Origin: an uncultured Gammaproteobacteria bacterium
Lineage (GTDB): Bacteria; Patescibacteriota; Microgenomatia; UBA1406; GWC2-37-13
Reading direction: 5' to 3'
Length of the DNA stretch: 64,000 nt
NCBI GenBank assembly: GCA_964610165.1
Contig: CAZSUZ010000001.1
Coordinates: forward strand, 1,250 to 65,249
Within the stretch, counting starts at the first letter, position 1; each line of letters opens with the position of its first letter. The notes beneath the pieces were generated by a model. That model did not search any database and was not told where the DNA came from. It worked only from the letters and a program-made list of their open reading frames with translations. A program made the translations under genes and the position numbers. This document shows positions 19,454 through 28,965 of this stretch, piece by piece.

Positions 19454-21238
19454 ATGCCAAAAAAAGACTTGGTTTCTAATGACAATCATTCTCATCACGT
19501 TAAATTAGGTGAGTGGTTTGCTACTGCTATCTGTGGAAATGATATTTTAAGTTCTGCATTATATGTTTCAGGAATTGCAATTATATTTGGTGGTGTATTT
19601 GCTCCACTTATATTAGTAGCAGTTGCTGCAGTACTTTTCGTTTATAAAGCAGTCTATACAGAAGTTGTAGAAGCTTTACCTGTGAATGGTGGTGCTTATA
19701 ATTGTTTACTTAACGGAACGTCAAAAACTGTTGCTGCAATTGCCGGTGTTATGACCATTCTTTCATATATTGCAACTGCAGTTATTTCAGCAAAAGTAGG
19801 TGTTGAATATGTTAATTCTGTTTTTCAAATTCATAGTTTTAACATAGCTGGTTTAACATTAGATCCGGTAATTTTAGGAACAATTGCTTTACTCGGATTT
19901 TTTGCAGTACTGGTTATTTCTGGACTTAAAGATTCTGCAAAAGTTGCATTCGGCATTTTTGTATTTCATATTATTGCACTTCTTGGGTTTTTAGTTATGG
20001 GTGCTATCTATTATTTTTCTGGAGAAATTTCTCAATTTGGAGTGAATCTAGCACATACCGGAGAGATTATTGCAAACAAAGGTGGATTTTGGCAAATGTT
20101 TTATTTAGGTTTTTCAGCATGTCTGCTCGGAGTTTCTGGATTTGAAAGTTCCGCAAATTTCGTAGAAGAACAAAAAAAAGGAGTTTTTAGAAAAACTTTA
20201 AGAAATATGTTAATTGGTGTAGCATTTTTTAATCCGCTCATTGCACTAGTTATTTTGAATACCCTTCCACTTGAAGTTATAAAAGAAGCAAAAGATTTTG
20301 TACTTTCAGATGCAGCAAGAATACTTGGTGGATCTTGGTTTCAATATGTTATTGTCGCTGATGCATTTTTAGTGCTTTCTGGAGCTGTACTTACCTCATT
20401 TGTTGGTGTAAGTGGTTTAGTACATAGAATGTCACTAGATAGTTGTTTACCAGGAATGCTTTCAAAGATGAATGAAAAAGGATCATTTCCAAGAATTATT
20501 GTTGCTTTCTTTTTACTTTGTAGTTCTATATTACTTATAACAAAAGGAGATCTTCTTTCTCTTGCAGGTGTGTATACAATTGCCTTCTTAGGTGTAATGA
20601 CACTTTTTGCTATTGGTAATCTAATTCTGAAGGAAACACGTACAGAATTAAAACGTACTTATTCTGCTCCAATAATTATGGTCATAATTGCTTTTGTAGC
20701 AACGATGATGGGTATTATTGGAAATATTCGTATCGATCAATCTAACCTTACTTTTTTTGAAATGTATTTTATTCCTTCAATTGTAATTGTATTTGCAATT
20801 GTCTATCAGGATTATTTATTAAGATTTCTAAAAAGAGTTACTTCTAATATTGGCTGGTTAAATCAATATATTGTGCGTAACTTTAATGACATGATTGAAG
20901 GTAGATTTATTGTATTTATTCACAATACAGAAAGAATTTATGAAATTCTTGATTACGTAAATCGAAACGAAGTTGGATGGAATATTATTTTGGTTCACTG
21001 TGAAGATAAAAAAAGTTTTGAAGAGATAAAAGAAGTATTACCTTGTCTAAAAAAAGCAGGAGTACATGCCCACTTTAATATTCAACCAGTTTTCGAAGCA
21101 GAACCATTTGGTCCTGAAATAATTGAAAAGGTATCAAAAAAATATGATGTTAGAAAAAACAGAATAATGATAGGTTCTATTCATGACTTTCATAAATTTG
21201 ATTATGACGAATTAGGTGGAGTAAGAATTATTTTTTGA
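19454..21238 (+). CDS. APC-superfamily transporter with a C-terminal cytoplasmic domain, KimA-like (possible K+ symporter)
   Basis: About 12 TM. N-terminal GNDILSSALYVSG and LPVNGGAY resemble, from memory, KimA (SSDALSSVAYGTE, YPQGGGAY). It also has a C-terminal alpha/beta domain of about 120 aa. Confidence 0.55.
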   Translation: MPKKDLVSNDNHSHHVKLGEWFATAICGNDILSSALYVSGIAIIFGGVFAPLILVAVAAVLFVYKAVYTEVVEALPVNGGAYNCLLNGTSKTVAAIAGVMTILSYIATAVISAKVGVEYVNSVFQIHSFNIAGLTLDPVILGTIALLGFFAVLVISGLKDSAKVAFGIFVFHIIALLGFLVMGAIYYFSGEISQFGVNLAHTGEIIANKGGFWQMFYLGFSACLLGVSGFESSANFVEEQKKGVFRKTLRNMLIGVAFFNPLIALVILNTLPLEVIKEAKDFVLSDAARILGGSWFQYVIVADAFLVLSGAVLTSFVGVSGLVHRMSLDSCLPGMLSKMNEKGSFPRIIVAFFLLCSSILLITKGDLLSLAGVYTIAFLGVMTLFAIGNLILKETRTELKRTYSAPIIMVIIAFVATMMGIIGNIRIDQSNLTFFEMYFIPSIVIVFAIVYQDYLLRFLKRVTSNIGWLNQYIVRNFNDMIEGRFIVFIHNTERIYEILDYVNRNEVGWNIILVHCEDKKSFEEIKEVLPCLKKAGVHAHFNIQPVFEAEPFGPEIIEKVSKKYDVRKNRIMIGSIHDFHKFDYDELGGVRIIF

Positions 21239-21260
21239 TAACAATGTTATTAATTTAAAA

Positions 21261-21289
21261 AGGCTCAAGAACTATTATTTCTTGAGCCT
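21261..21289. terminator. 11-bp hairpin after the KimA-like gene
   Basis: aggctcaagaa / ttcttgagcct with a 7-nt loop. A-run upstream and no T-run downstream. Confidence 0.5.
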
Positions 21290-21609
21290 AGATGGCCTAA
21301 TCTTACAAAGATCAATAAGCACGATCTAAATTGTAGGATACTCAAAATGAATAGTTGAGTCAAGCACTTTTACATTTTGTTAGATATTCACTAACAAAGC
21401 TGACTAGATATTGATGCATTCCACTCTGTATTTATACGGAAATTAAGTACTATAAAAAATAAAAAATGATATTGAAATGTTCTGTCTCATTTTTTGTGTT
21501 TTATCTTGTCTAGATACTGTTTATCTCTTCTATAAATATAATGTGGAGTGCATCAATGAACAATGCATTCTAATCGCTAACCGTTTCTATCTACGAAGGG
21601 TGAATAATC

Positions 21610-23457
21610 ATGTCACACAGTTTGGTTGAAAACAGCCGCAAGGCCACTATTTTGTTAACAGTCGCAGCACTTGGTGTTGTGTATGGAGATATTGGGACTT
21701 CACCGTTGTATGCATTAAAGGAGAGTTTTCATTATGTTGAGCCTACAAGGTTGAACGTATTAGGAATCCTCAGTTTAATGTTGTGGTCAATTTTAGTTGT
21801 TGTTACGCTGAAGTACGTTCTATTTCTATTAAACACAAGTCACCATGGTGAAGGAGGTATTACTGCCTTAATTGGACTAGTTAAAAAGAAAGTCCATAGT
21901 TGGCACATTATCCTTGGGATTTTTGGCGTTGCCTTGTTGTACGGTGATGGTATGATTACACCTGCAATTTCGGTACTTTCTGCAGTCGAAGGGTTACGAG
22001 TAATTACACCTGCTGCAGAAAAGTTTGTTATTCCGATAACTGTGTTAATTCTTATTGTTTTGTTCAGTGTCCAAAGGTATGGAACACAGAAAGTAGGCAC
22101 AGCTTTTGGTCCCATCATGATTGTTTGGTTTGTGATAATCGGTATGTTAGGGCTTAACCAAATAATCAGTTACCCGGCTATCCTTGCAGCAATAAACCCT
22201 TTCTATGCCGTTCAATTTTTCTATCAGAATGGTTTGGTAGGGTTTTTTACTCTTGGAGCAATTGTTCTTGTAGTAACTGGCGGTGAAGCTCTCTATGCTG
22301 ATATGGGTCATTTTGGTAAGTTACCAGTTCGTTTAGGGTGGCTTACTGTAGCTTTGCCTTCCCTTTTGTTGAATTACTTTGGGCAGGCGGCTTTGATTAT
22401 AGAAGAGCCAGAAGTAGCTGAATTTCCGTTCTATGCATTAGCTCCGGAATGGTTCCAATGGCCTCTCGTAATTATCGCAACACTTGCAACAATCATTGCA
22501 AGTCAGGCATTAATTACGGGTGCTTATAGCCTTACTCGTCAACTGATAGACCTGCATGCTCTACCAGCGTTGGAGATTGTCAGCACATCAGTTAGTAACC
22601 ATGGTCAGATTTATGTACCATTGGTTAATAAACTATTGCTGGTTGGATGTATCACTTTAGTGTTATTTTTCCAATCTAGTAGTGCGCTTGCAGCAGCTTA
22701 TGGTATTGCTGTAACAGGTACAATGGCAATTACTACATGGTTGTGGTATCTTACGCTTGTAAATGTGAAAGGATGGAGAAAGCTTGAAGCTATTTCCTTA
22801 CTGATCATTTTTGTGAGCATTGATATCACATTCTTTGCAGCTAATATTGTAAAGTTCTTCCAAGGAGGTTGGATTCCAATAACAATAGCTTTCGTTTTAA
22901 CCTGGGGAATGGAGTGGTATTATTTCCATTCAAGAAGTTTGTTGAGAGTTAAGAAGCAACCATTGGAGGCAATGACAATCTATGATGTAAAACAACAGGC
23001 AACTGCGCTAATCCTTTTAGATGAATACGCTCATTGTGGAACAAAGTTGTTAATTGATGCAGCAAGGTTTATGAGTATCCCTTATAAACTGGTACATTTT
23101 GCAACAAGAGAAGAACGTGTGCCACAGTTACGACATTTTGTTCAACAACTTGGTGAAGAAGTAGAAGTAATATCTACACCAAGTGGCGATATTCTTCGTC
23201 CGGCAGAAGAATATGTACTTAGTCATCAACGGATGACTGGAGGAGCAGTTTGGGTTTTTCTGGGACAAACTATTGTTAAAGGAGAAATGGAGGAGTTACA
23301 TCCAAACGGTTCTGCGATCATGCGGAAACTACAGCGACATCCGGGAATCATTGTTACAAGGGTCCCTTGGGTTATTGATCCTGTAGGTGTATCTGTGGTT
23401 AATATTTCCGCAAAATCGAAGGGACTTCTTCCGATTTTTGCAAAATCGAATATCTAG
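21610..23457 (+). CDS. kup: KUP/HAK/KT-family potassium uptake protein
   Basis: GDIGTSPLYALKE near the N-terminus, 12 TM plus a cytoplasmic C-terminal domain. SD-like AAGGGTG upstream. Confidence 0.88.
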   Translation: MSHSLVENSRKATILLTVAALGVVYGDIGTSPLYALKESFHYVEPTRLNVLGILSLMLWSILVVVTLKYVLFLLNTSHHGEGGITALIGLVKKKVHSWHIILGIFGVALLYGDGMITPAISVLSAVEGLRVITPAAEKFVIPITVLILIVLFSVQRYGTQKVGTAFGPIMIVWFVIIGMLGLNQIISYPAILAAINPFYAVQFFYQNGLVGFFTLGAIVLVVTGGEALYADMGHFGKLPVRLGWLTVALPSLLLNYFGQAALIIEEPEVAEFPFYALAPEWFQWPLVIIATLATIIASQALITGAYSLTRQLIDLHALPALEIVSTSVSNHGQIYVPLVNKLLLVGCITLVLFFQSSSALAAAYGIAVTGTMAITTWLWYLTLVNVKGWRKLEAISLLIIFVSIDITFFAANIVKFFQGGWIPITIAFVLTWGMEWYYFHSRSLLRVKKQPLEAMTIYDVKQQATALILLDEYAHCGTKLLIDAARFMSIPYKLVHFATREERVPQLRHFVQQLGEEVEVISTPSGDILRPAEEYVLSHQRMTGGAVWVFLGQTIVKGEMEELHPNGSAIMRKLQRHPGIIVTRVPWVIDPVGVSVVNISAKSKGLLPIFAKSNI

Positions 23458-23489
23458 TCAATCTACACAATGAGGTGTAGAAAAAAATA

Positions 23490-23512
23490 GGGCGCAACGA
23501 TGCGCCCTTTTT
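23490..23512. terminator. bidirectional intrinsic terminator between kup and the convergent minus-strand gene
   Basis: gggcgca (23490-23496) / tgcgccc (23501-23507) with an acga loop. A-run upstream and TTTTT downstream. Confidence 0.85.
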
Positions 23513-23523
23513 CGTGGGAAAAA

Positions 23524-24756
23524 TTATTTTCTAATAATTGATCGAAGTTCTGGATTTATAGTAAATTTTTTATTACGAATAATAATAAGTTTATGTCCAA
23601 TATAAGGTTCTATTTTTTTATTCACAATTAACATTGCGTCATAAACTCTGCGCCAAATATTTCCTTCAGTTTCACCAAATTGAGATGTAATTTCTTCTGC
23701 AGATAATGCCTCACTGGGTTTATTAAAAAGTGAAGAAACAATATGGTACTGATGAGAATCATTAGGAATTTCAATTCGATTGTTATCAATTAGTAATAAT
23801 CCTTTTTCTTTATCAAAATTAATTTCATGAGACATAATTGTATGAATACGCATATAAAAGATAAACCAAATAACACAACAAACTACTACCAATAACAATA
23901 TAGAAATTAAAAATATCGTAATTAATGAAAACAAGTATGATAACGATTTACCAACAACGATAACCCCAACAGTTTCATTATTATTTTGAAATGGAGAAAT
24001 AACTATTAAAAATGGTTCATTTGTAACTTGATCAAAAATAATTTTAGTATGATTTGATTTTAGTTCTTTTGATACATAACTACTATCAATAAAATTAGGC
24101 ACACGATCAATACTATTACTGTTATTTGTTTTTGTAATGATAGTGTTATATTTATCAACAACTTTTATAGAGATATCATACTGGGTTTCTCGGATATCTA
24201 AATCGGATAAGTCAATTTGTTCTGCATTTACTTTAGCTCTTTTTAATACAAAATCTAAATCACTTTTGAGTCTTTTATCAATAATTAACATATCGTCTTC
24301 TTCAGCAATAAATTTTGAAACTAAAACTGCTCCAACAATTTCATTGTTATTACTAATTGGAGCAGATAGCATGCGCCACTGTTCTTGTGTTGGTGTTGTA
24401 AATGTCTCTGGTGATTGAAATCTTAGAATAAAATCTATATTTGATGTATCAAGATAACCACTTATTGGTCTCCATCGATCAATAACGTAACCTTCAGAAG
24501 TAATAATATAATGTGATTCACCACCAGGTAATAATGGGTCAGAATTTAGAAGAAATAAATTCCATTTACCATTTTTATACTCGATATCTTCATACATTCG
24601 AGTAATAATAGCTTCAACTTCAGATTTATTAAAATGGAAGGAATAAATACTAATAAAGACAATACTTAATACTGTACAGATAGTTACAATTACTAAAAAA
24701 GTTATTAAAAAAAATTTTGAAAAAAGAAAGTTAATTAATTTGATAGGTGACTGCAT
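23524..24756 (-). CDS. membrane one-component regulator: TM, extracytoplasmic sensor-like region, TM, C-terminal OmpR/PhoB-like winged helix
   Basis: Two TM segments (about aa 14-38 and 272-300). Duplicated PxxNNNE[IT]VG[AV][VI][LV]V motif in the outer region. C-terminus HQYHIVSSLFNKPSEALSAEEI...RRVYDAMLIVNKKIE...LIIIRNKKFTINP fits the trans_reg_C pattern. Confidence 0.55.
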   Translation of the reverse strand: MQSPIKLINFLFSKFFLITFLVIVTICTVLSIVFISIYSFHFNKSEVEAIITRMYEDIEYKNGKWNLFLLNSDPLLPGGESHYIITSEGYVIDRWRPISGYLDTSNIDFILRFQSPETFTTPTQEQWRMLSAPISNNNEIVGAVLVSKFIAEEDDMLIIDKRLKSDLDFVLKRAKVNAEQIDLSDLDIRETQYDISIKVVDKYNTIITKTNNSNSIDRVPNFIDSSYVSKELKSNHTKIIFDQVTNEPFLIVISPFQNNNETVGVIVVGKSLSYLFSLITIFLISILLLVVVCCVIWFIFYMRIHTIMSHEINFDKEKGLLLIDNNRIEIPNDSHQYHIVSSLFNKPSEALSAEEITSQFGETEGNIWRRVYDAMLIVNKKIEPYIGHKLIIIRNKKFTINPELRSIIRK

Positions 24757-24852
24757 AGTTTTAAATGTATCTAATTATATCAAATTACTATATTAAAACT
24801 ATTCCCTGCTTTTTTGGAAAATAAATGCTGATTTATATAATTACATTTTGAT

Positions 24853-24858
24853 TATAAT
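24853..24858 (+). promoter_or_regulatory. -10 TATAAT 6 nt upstream of the murC ATG
   Basis: TATAAT at 24853-24858, spacer gttgat, ATG at 24865. Confidence 0.45.
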
Positions 24859-24864
24859 GTTGAT

Positions 24865-26298
24865 ATGAAGTCCATTTTTTTTATTGGTATTAAAGGTGTT
24901 GCGATGGCAAACTTAGCCCGTATTTTTCAGCAAATGGGGAAAACTGTTTCTGGTTCGGATGTGAAAGAATCTTTTATAACAGACCAAGGATTAACAGATA
25001 ATGGCATAGAAATTATATATTCATTTGCAGCAAATAAACTTCCTAAAGATTTAGATACAGTAGTATATTCTGCAGCACATGGTGGCACAAATAATCCACA
25101 AGTTATTGAAGCACAGAAACGTGGTGTAACTATTATTCATCAGGCAGAATTACTTGGTAATTTATTGCATGAATTTAAACTATCAATTGCGGTAGCTGGA
25201 TGTCATGGAAAAACAACAACATCTTCATTATTAACTTATGCAATGCAACAGCTCAAAGCTCAACCTAGTTATATGGTGGGCGTTTCTACATTTAATGACC
25301 AACCTGGTGGTGCTTATGCTAGTAATGACTTTTTTGTTGTTGAAGCAGATGAATATGGCATGAATCCACCACAAGATATTACGCCAAAATTTCATTATCT
25401 TCACCCTACGCATGCAATAATTACAAATATAGATTTTGATCATCCAGATGTTTATAAAGATATTGAAGATACAAAAGATGCATTTATTCAATTTATAGAA
25501 AAGATCATTCATTTTGAAGACGAAAAAAGAATAGTAGTTTGTAATGATGATCCAAATATTCAGGATATTATTACATCAACACATGTCCCTTTGCTCACTT
25601 ATGGTAGAACAGAAGAATCAGACGTACAAATTACGAATATTCAAGCACATGGTGCTATGACAAAATTCACTTTACGTTTTAATTCAATAACAGATTATGC
25701 AAGAGAACTATTTACATTTGAAATTGCGTTAGCTGGTGATAAAAATGTTTTAAATGCAACTGGTGTTATTGCAATGCTCGTGCTTTTAGATTTTACTCCA
25801 GAACAAATTGCAAAAGCTATTAAGGGTTTTACTGGTGCTAAACGTAGATTCGAACTTAAAACGAAAGTAGGTGAAACGTATTTATTTGATGATTATGGAC
25901 ATCATCCAGAAGAAATTATTGCAACTATTCAAGCAGCAAAAATGAGATTTCCAAATAAGCGTGTTATTGTTATTTTTCAGCCACATACTTTTTCTCGAAC
26001 AAAAGAATTACAGAATGAGTTTGTAGATGCGTTATCTAATGCAGATGAAGCATTATTACTTCCAGTTTTTGCTTCTGCTCGAGAACAAACACCAGAACAT
26101 CCGGTAGGATCAGATACTTTAGAACAATTATCAAAACAAAAAGGTATTCATTTTATTCATAGTTATATTTCTCCGAAAGAACTTTTAGCTCATTTAAAAG
26201 AAAAAATAAAACCAGGAGATGTTATTTTTACAATGGGAGCAGGGGATGTGTATAAACTGGATGAAAAAATAAACGAGATACTCAATAAACTCGCTTAA
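24865..26298 (+). CDS. murC: UDP-N-acetylmuramate--L-alanine ligase
   Basis: IGIKGVAMANLA, P-loop GCHGKTTTSSL, DDYGHHPEEI. Confidence 0.9.
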   Translation: MKSIFFIGIKGVAMANLARIFQQMGKTVSGSDVKESFITDQGLTDNGIEIIYSFAANKLPKDLDTVVYSAAHGGTNNPQVIEAQKRGVTIIHQAELLGNLLHEFKLSIAVAGCHGKTTTSSLLTYAMQQLKAQPSYMVGVSTFNDQPGGAYASNDFFVVEADEYGMNPPQDITPKFHYLHPTHAIITNIDFDHPDVYKDIEDTKDAFIQFIEKIIHFEDEKRIVVCNDDPNIQDIITSTHVPLLTYGRTEESDVQITNIQAHGAMTKFTLRFNSITDYARELFTFEIALAGDKNVLNATGVIAMLVLLDFTPEQIAKAIKGFTGAKRRFELKTKVGETYLFDDYGHHPEEIIATIQAAKMRFPNKRVIVIFQPHTFSRTKELQNEFVDALSNADEALLLPVFASAREQTPEHPVGSDTLEQLSKQKGIHFIHSYISPKELLAHLKEKIKPGDVIFTMGAGDVYKLDEKINEILNKLA

Positions 26299-26612
26299 CC
26301 TTCATAATATTTTTTCCAGTAATTTTGAAATATAAATATAATTCCTATAATAAGTGGTGGAATAGAAATAATTAAGTTATTGGACATTTCTAATAACGCG
26401 ATTGAACTGATAACAAATAATAATCCACCTATAAATGTATATTTCCAAGCAATAATAGTAATCACAATAAGAATATAGCTAGGAATAAGGTGCATAAATA
26501 ACGCGAGTATCCATTGTTCTTGATCAAAAACATCTAAAGCAAACAGACTTATAAAACATATATATAAAATTGCTAATAATTTCGGATTAAAAATATTAAT
26601 TATCTTTTGCAT
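26295..26612 (-). CDS. hypothetical membrane protein
   Basis: ORF track 26295..26660. The probable start is the internal Met (MQKIINIF) at 26612, overlapping the histidine kinase stop by 17 nt. About 3-4 TM segments. Confidence 0.45.
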   Translation of the reverse strand: MQKIINIFNPKLLAILYICFISLFALDVFDQEQWILALFMHLIPSYILIVITIIAWKYTFIGGLLFVISSIALLEMSNNLIISIPPLIIGIIFIFQNYWKKYYEG

Positions 26613-27762
26613 ATATTTTGTTTCTAAATTTTTGTAACTGAATATAAAATGTACTACCAATTCCTTCTTTAGATTCTACCCAGATTTTCCCTTTGTGTTT
26701 TTTAATTATTTCTTTAGAAATATATAATCCAAGTCCTAATCCTATTCGATGGGTTTTATCTATTTGATAATAGCGTTTAAATAAATATGGTAATTTAGAA
26801 GAAGAAATTCCTAATCCTCGATCTTTAATTGCAATAATAACAACATCTTTTTTATTTTTAATAGAAATAGAAATTTCAGAATTGTTATAACTATATTTAA
26901 TTGCATTTCCGATAATGTTAATTAGAACTTGTTTTATTTTGTCTGGATCTGCAACAACAAATAATTTTGATTGATCAGAAAATGAAAGATAATGATTTTT
27001 ATCAAATGCCTGCATTTCTATAACTACGTCTGAAACTAAATCAGTAATGTTTACAATTTGCATATTTGTACTTAGTTTCCCTGCTTCTATACGTGTAACA
27101 TCTGATAATTCATTAATTAAACGAGTAAGTCTATCTAAATCTCTGTCAATCAGTTTAAGACTTTGTACAAGTTCTGCATTTTTTTGTTTTTTAGATATTT
27201 TTTTAATCTGATACTGAACAAGTAGTTTTAAAGCAGTAATCGGCGTTTTTAGTTCATGTGCAGCTTCTTGTAAAAATTCTTCTTTTAGATTCTCTCTTTT
27301 TTTAATATTAGTTATGTCTTGCTCCATTTGAACATAAAATTGAGGAGTATTATTATTAACTATTGGAAATATTGTTGAATGAATTTGATATTCGGTTCCA
27401 TCTTTTTTTTTATCAATTATTGCATCGCTTGTGAAGGTCTTACCTTCAGATAAACTTTTTTTTAACCTTTTATAAATACTAGGATTTGTCTTTTTCGTTT
27501 TTAAAAAAAATGATTCTTTACCTTTAATTTCTTCTAAAGAATATCCAGTGAGTTTTTCCCAAGCAGGGTTTGCATAGATTATTTTTGTATCAGAAGTTGT
27601 AATTACAATAGGATCGGGGAATGGCTCCATTACATGCTTAAATTCAATAAAAGCATCGCCCACATTAAATATTTTTGAAGTAAGTTTGTCCATTACCGTC
27701 CCCAATCGGTTAGGAATTGAGGAAGGTAACTTTTGGTAACTACTACTAAACGTTTTAGTCAT
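26596..27762 (-). CDS. soluble PAS-domain sensor histidine kinase with no adjacent response regulator
   Basis: PAS-like region (ANPAWEKLTGYSLEEIKGK). H-box HELKTPITAL, N-box IGNAIKYS, G2 GLGLGLYISKEI. No TM. SD GGGAGG upstream. Confidence 0.88.
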   Translation of the reverse strand: MTKTFSSSYQKLPSSIPNRLGTVMDKLTSKIFNVGDAFIEFKHVMEPFPDPIVITTSDTKIIYANPAWEKLTGYSLEEIKGKESFFLKTKKTNPSIYKRLKKSLSEGKTFTSDAIIDKKKDGTEYQIHSTIFPIVNNNTPQFYVQMEQDITNIKKRENLKEEFLQEAAHELKTPITALKLLVQYQIKKISKKQKNAELVQSLKLIDRDLDRLTRLINELSDVTRIEAGKLSTNMQIVNITDLVSDVVIEMQAFDKNHYLSFSDQSKLFVVADPDKIKQVLINIIGNAIKYSYNNSEISISIKNKKDVVIIAIKDRGLGISSSKLPYLFKRYYQIDKTHRIGLGLGLYISKEIIKKHKGKIWVESKEGIGSTFYIQLQKFRNKIYAKDN

Positions 27763-27813
27763 ATAAGTTCCTCCCTACTAAGGGTAAGAATATAGGATTC
27801 GTTACAGTTAAGC

Positions 27814-27829
27814 AGTGATAATTATCACT
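27814..27829. promoter_or_regulatory. CRP-type box (AGTGA-N6-TCACT) in the divergent intergenic region between the histidine kinase and the 122-aa gene
   Basis: agtgataattatcact is a perfect palindrome sharing the GTGA-N6-TCAC core with the other boxes. Confidence 0.6.
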
Positions 27830-27865
27830 TAAATGTTTAAAAAAAATGAATAATATGTAACTTAT

Positions 27866-28234
27866 ATGATCAAACTATTACAACAAGGTATTTACAAATT
27901 AATTGAAACGAAAAATCAAACTAAAATTCTTATTCTGGATGAACATAATACTTATGCATGGGTAAACATAAAGGGTATTGGTGAAATTTTAGTATCATCA
28001 CATAAAAATCATAAAGCAGATTACACATTAAATATTGGTAATTACCGTATTTATAAGGTAAAAAATGAACCATATTTATCAGATCATATACATTTAGAAC
28101 TTTCAATTGGACGAAATAATTGGCAAGGATATTTGTTACTTACAGGATTACCTACAGTTGAAGAAAACAGGAATCGTATTATACCCACAAATGAAATAAT
28201 ATCTAAAATAACTATTAATAATATAAGTAATTAA
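27866..28234 (+). CDS. hypothetical protein
   Basis: 122-aa ORF with no recognisable motif. TAATAT lies 9 nt upstream of the ATG. Confidence 0.5.
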   Translation: MIKLLQQGIYKLIETKNQTKILILDEHNTYAWVNIKGIGEILVSSHKNHKADYTLNIGNYRIYKVKNEPYLSDHIHLELSIGRNNWQGYLLLTGLPTVEENRNRIIPTNEIISKITINNISN

Positions 28235-28923
28235 AGTAATTTTTTATTATGATCTAAATTTAGTTCTTGTTTTAACTTTTGTTTATTTTTTATAACAATG
28301 GAATGGTTTTGTAACGTTACTATTCCTTTTTTTTTGAGAAGTTCAAATTCGCGACTCGCAGTTTCTCTAGACATTGCTATAGATGAGGCAATATCATGAT
28401 GTGTAATAGGTGCCTTAATAACAATTGTATTGTTTATGTTTTCACCAAAACGTTCGCTTAATGTAAGTAATCGAGAACAAAAACGAGCATGTGCTTTAGT
28501 ATATTCTAAATTATCAATTCTTTCATAACAGAATTCTAATAATTGTGCAATATTTATAGTAAAGGCTAAAAGTAATTCTTTATTTTTTTGTAAATATTTT
28601 AAGATATATACTCTTCCCATTGTATATATCTGAACATTAGACATTGCTTCATAAAATTTAGTAATTGGCTTTTGGTCAAATAGCCAAAATATTGGAAAAA
28701 ACTCACCACTTTTATAAATAGCAATAATTTTTTCATCTCCCCATTCTGTAATAATGTATGATCTAATGAATCCTTTTGTTATAAAATAGATACCTTTAGG
28801 TTGTTCTTCTGGACGTAAAATAATATCTCCTTTTTTATAACGAAGAAGTTTACCTTTAGAGAAGAATTTGAATAGTTGTTGCGAATGCATCGCATTGGTA
28901 TTCACTGATAATAAGTATATCAA
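28231..28923 (-). CDS. Crp/Fnr-family transcriptional regulator
   Basis: cNMP-binding-like beta-roll (GDIILRPEEQPKGIYFITKGFIRS, SGEFF). C-terminal HTH ITHHDIASSIAMSRETASREFELL. No FNR Cys cluster. ORF-track start is TTG 28923; an alternative ATG (MHSQQ) is at 28890. Confidence 0.88.
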   Translation of the reverse strand: MIYLLSVNTNAMHSQQLFKFFSKGKLLRYKKGDIILRPEEQPKGIYFITKGFIRSYIITEWGDEKIIAIYKSGEFFPIFWLFDQKPITKFYEAMSNVQIYTMGRVYILKYLQKNKELLLAFTINIAQLLEFCYERIDNLEYTKAHARFCSRLLTLSERFGENINNTIVIKAPITHHDIASSIAMSRETASREFELLKKKGIVTLQNHSIVIKNKQKLKQELNLDHNKKLL

Positions 28924-28930
28924 AAATATG

Positions 28931-28946
28931 TGTGATATCTATCACA
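28931..28946. promoter_or_regulatory. perfect CRP consensus box TGTGA-N6-TCACA upstream of the Crp-family gene
   Basis: tgtgatatctatcaca. It lies 8 nt from the TTG start and 41 nt from the alternative ATG. Confidence 0.7.
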
Positions 28947-28965
28947 TATATTAGAACAACATTTA

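Noticed and set aside
19218-21609. c-di-AMP (ydaO/kimA-type) riboswitch upstream of the KimA-like gene or kup.
   Set aside because: I looked for the conserved G-rich and C-rich cores (GGGGA..CCA, GGGGUGAAUC, CCCGAAUCC, CAGCUAACC). Only a weak aagggtgaataatc, which doubles as the kup SD, and aatcgctaacc are present, and they are in the wrong order. The KimA-like leader has no G or C runs at all.
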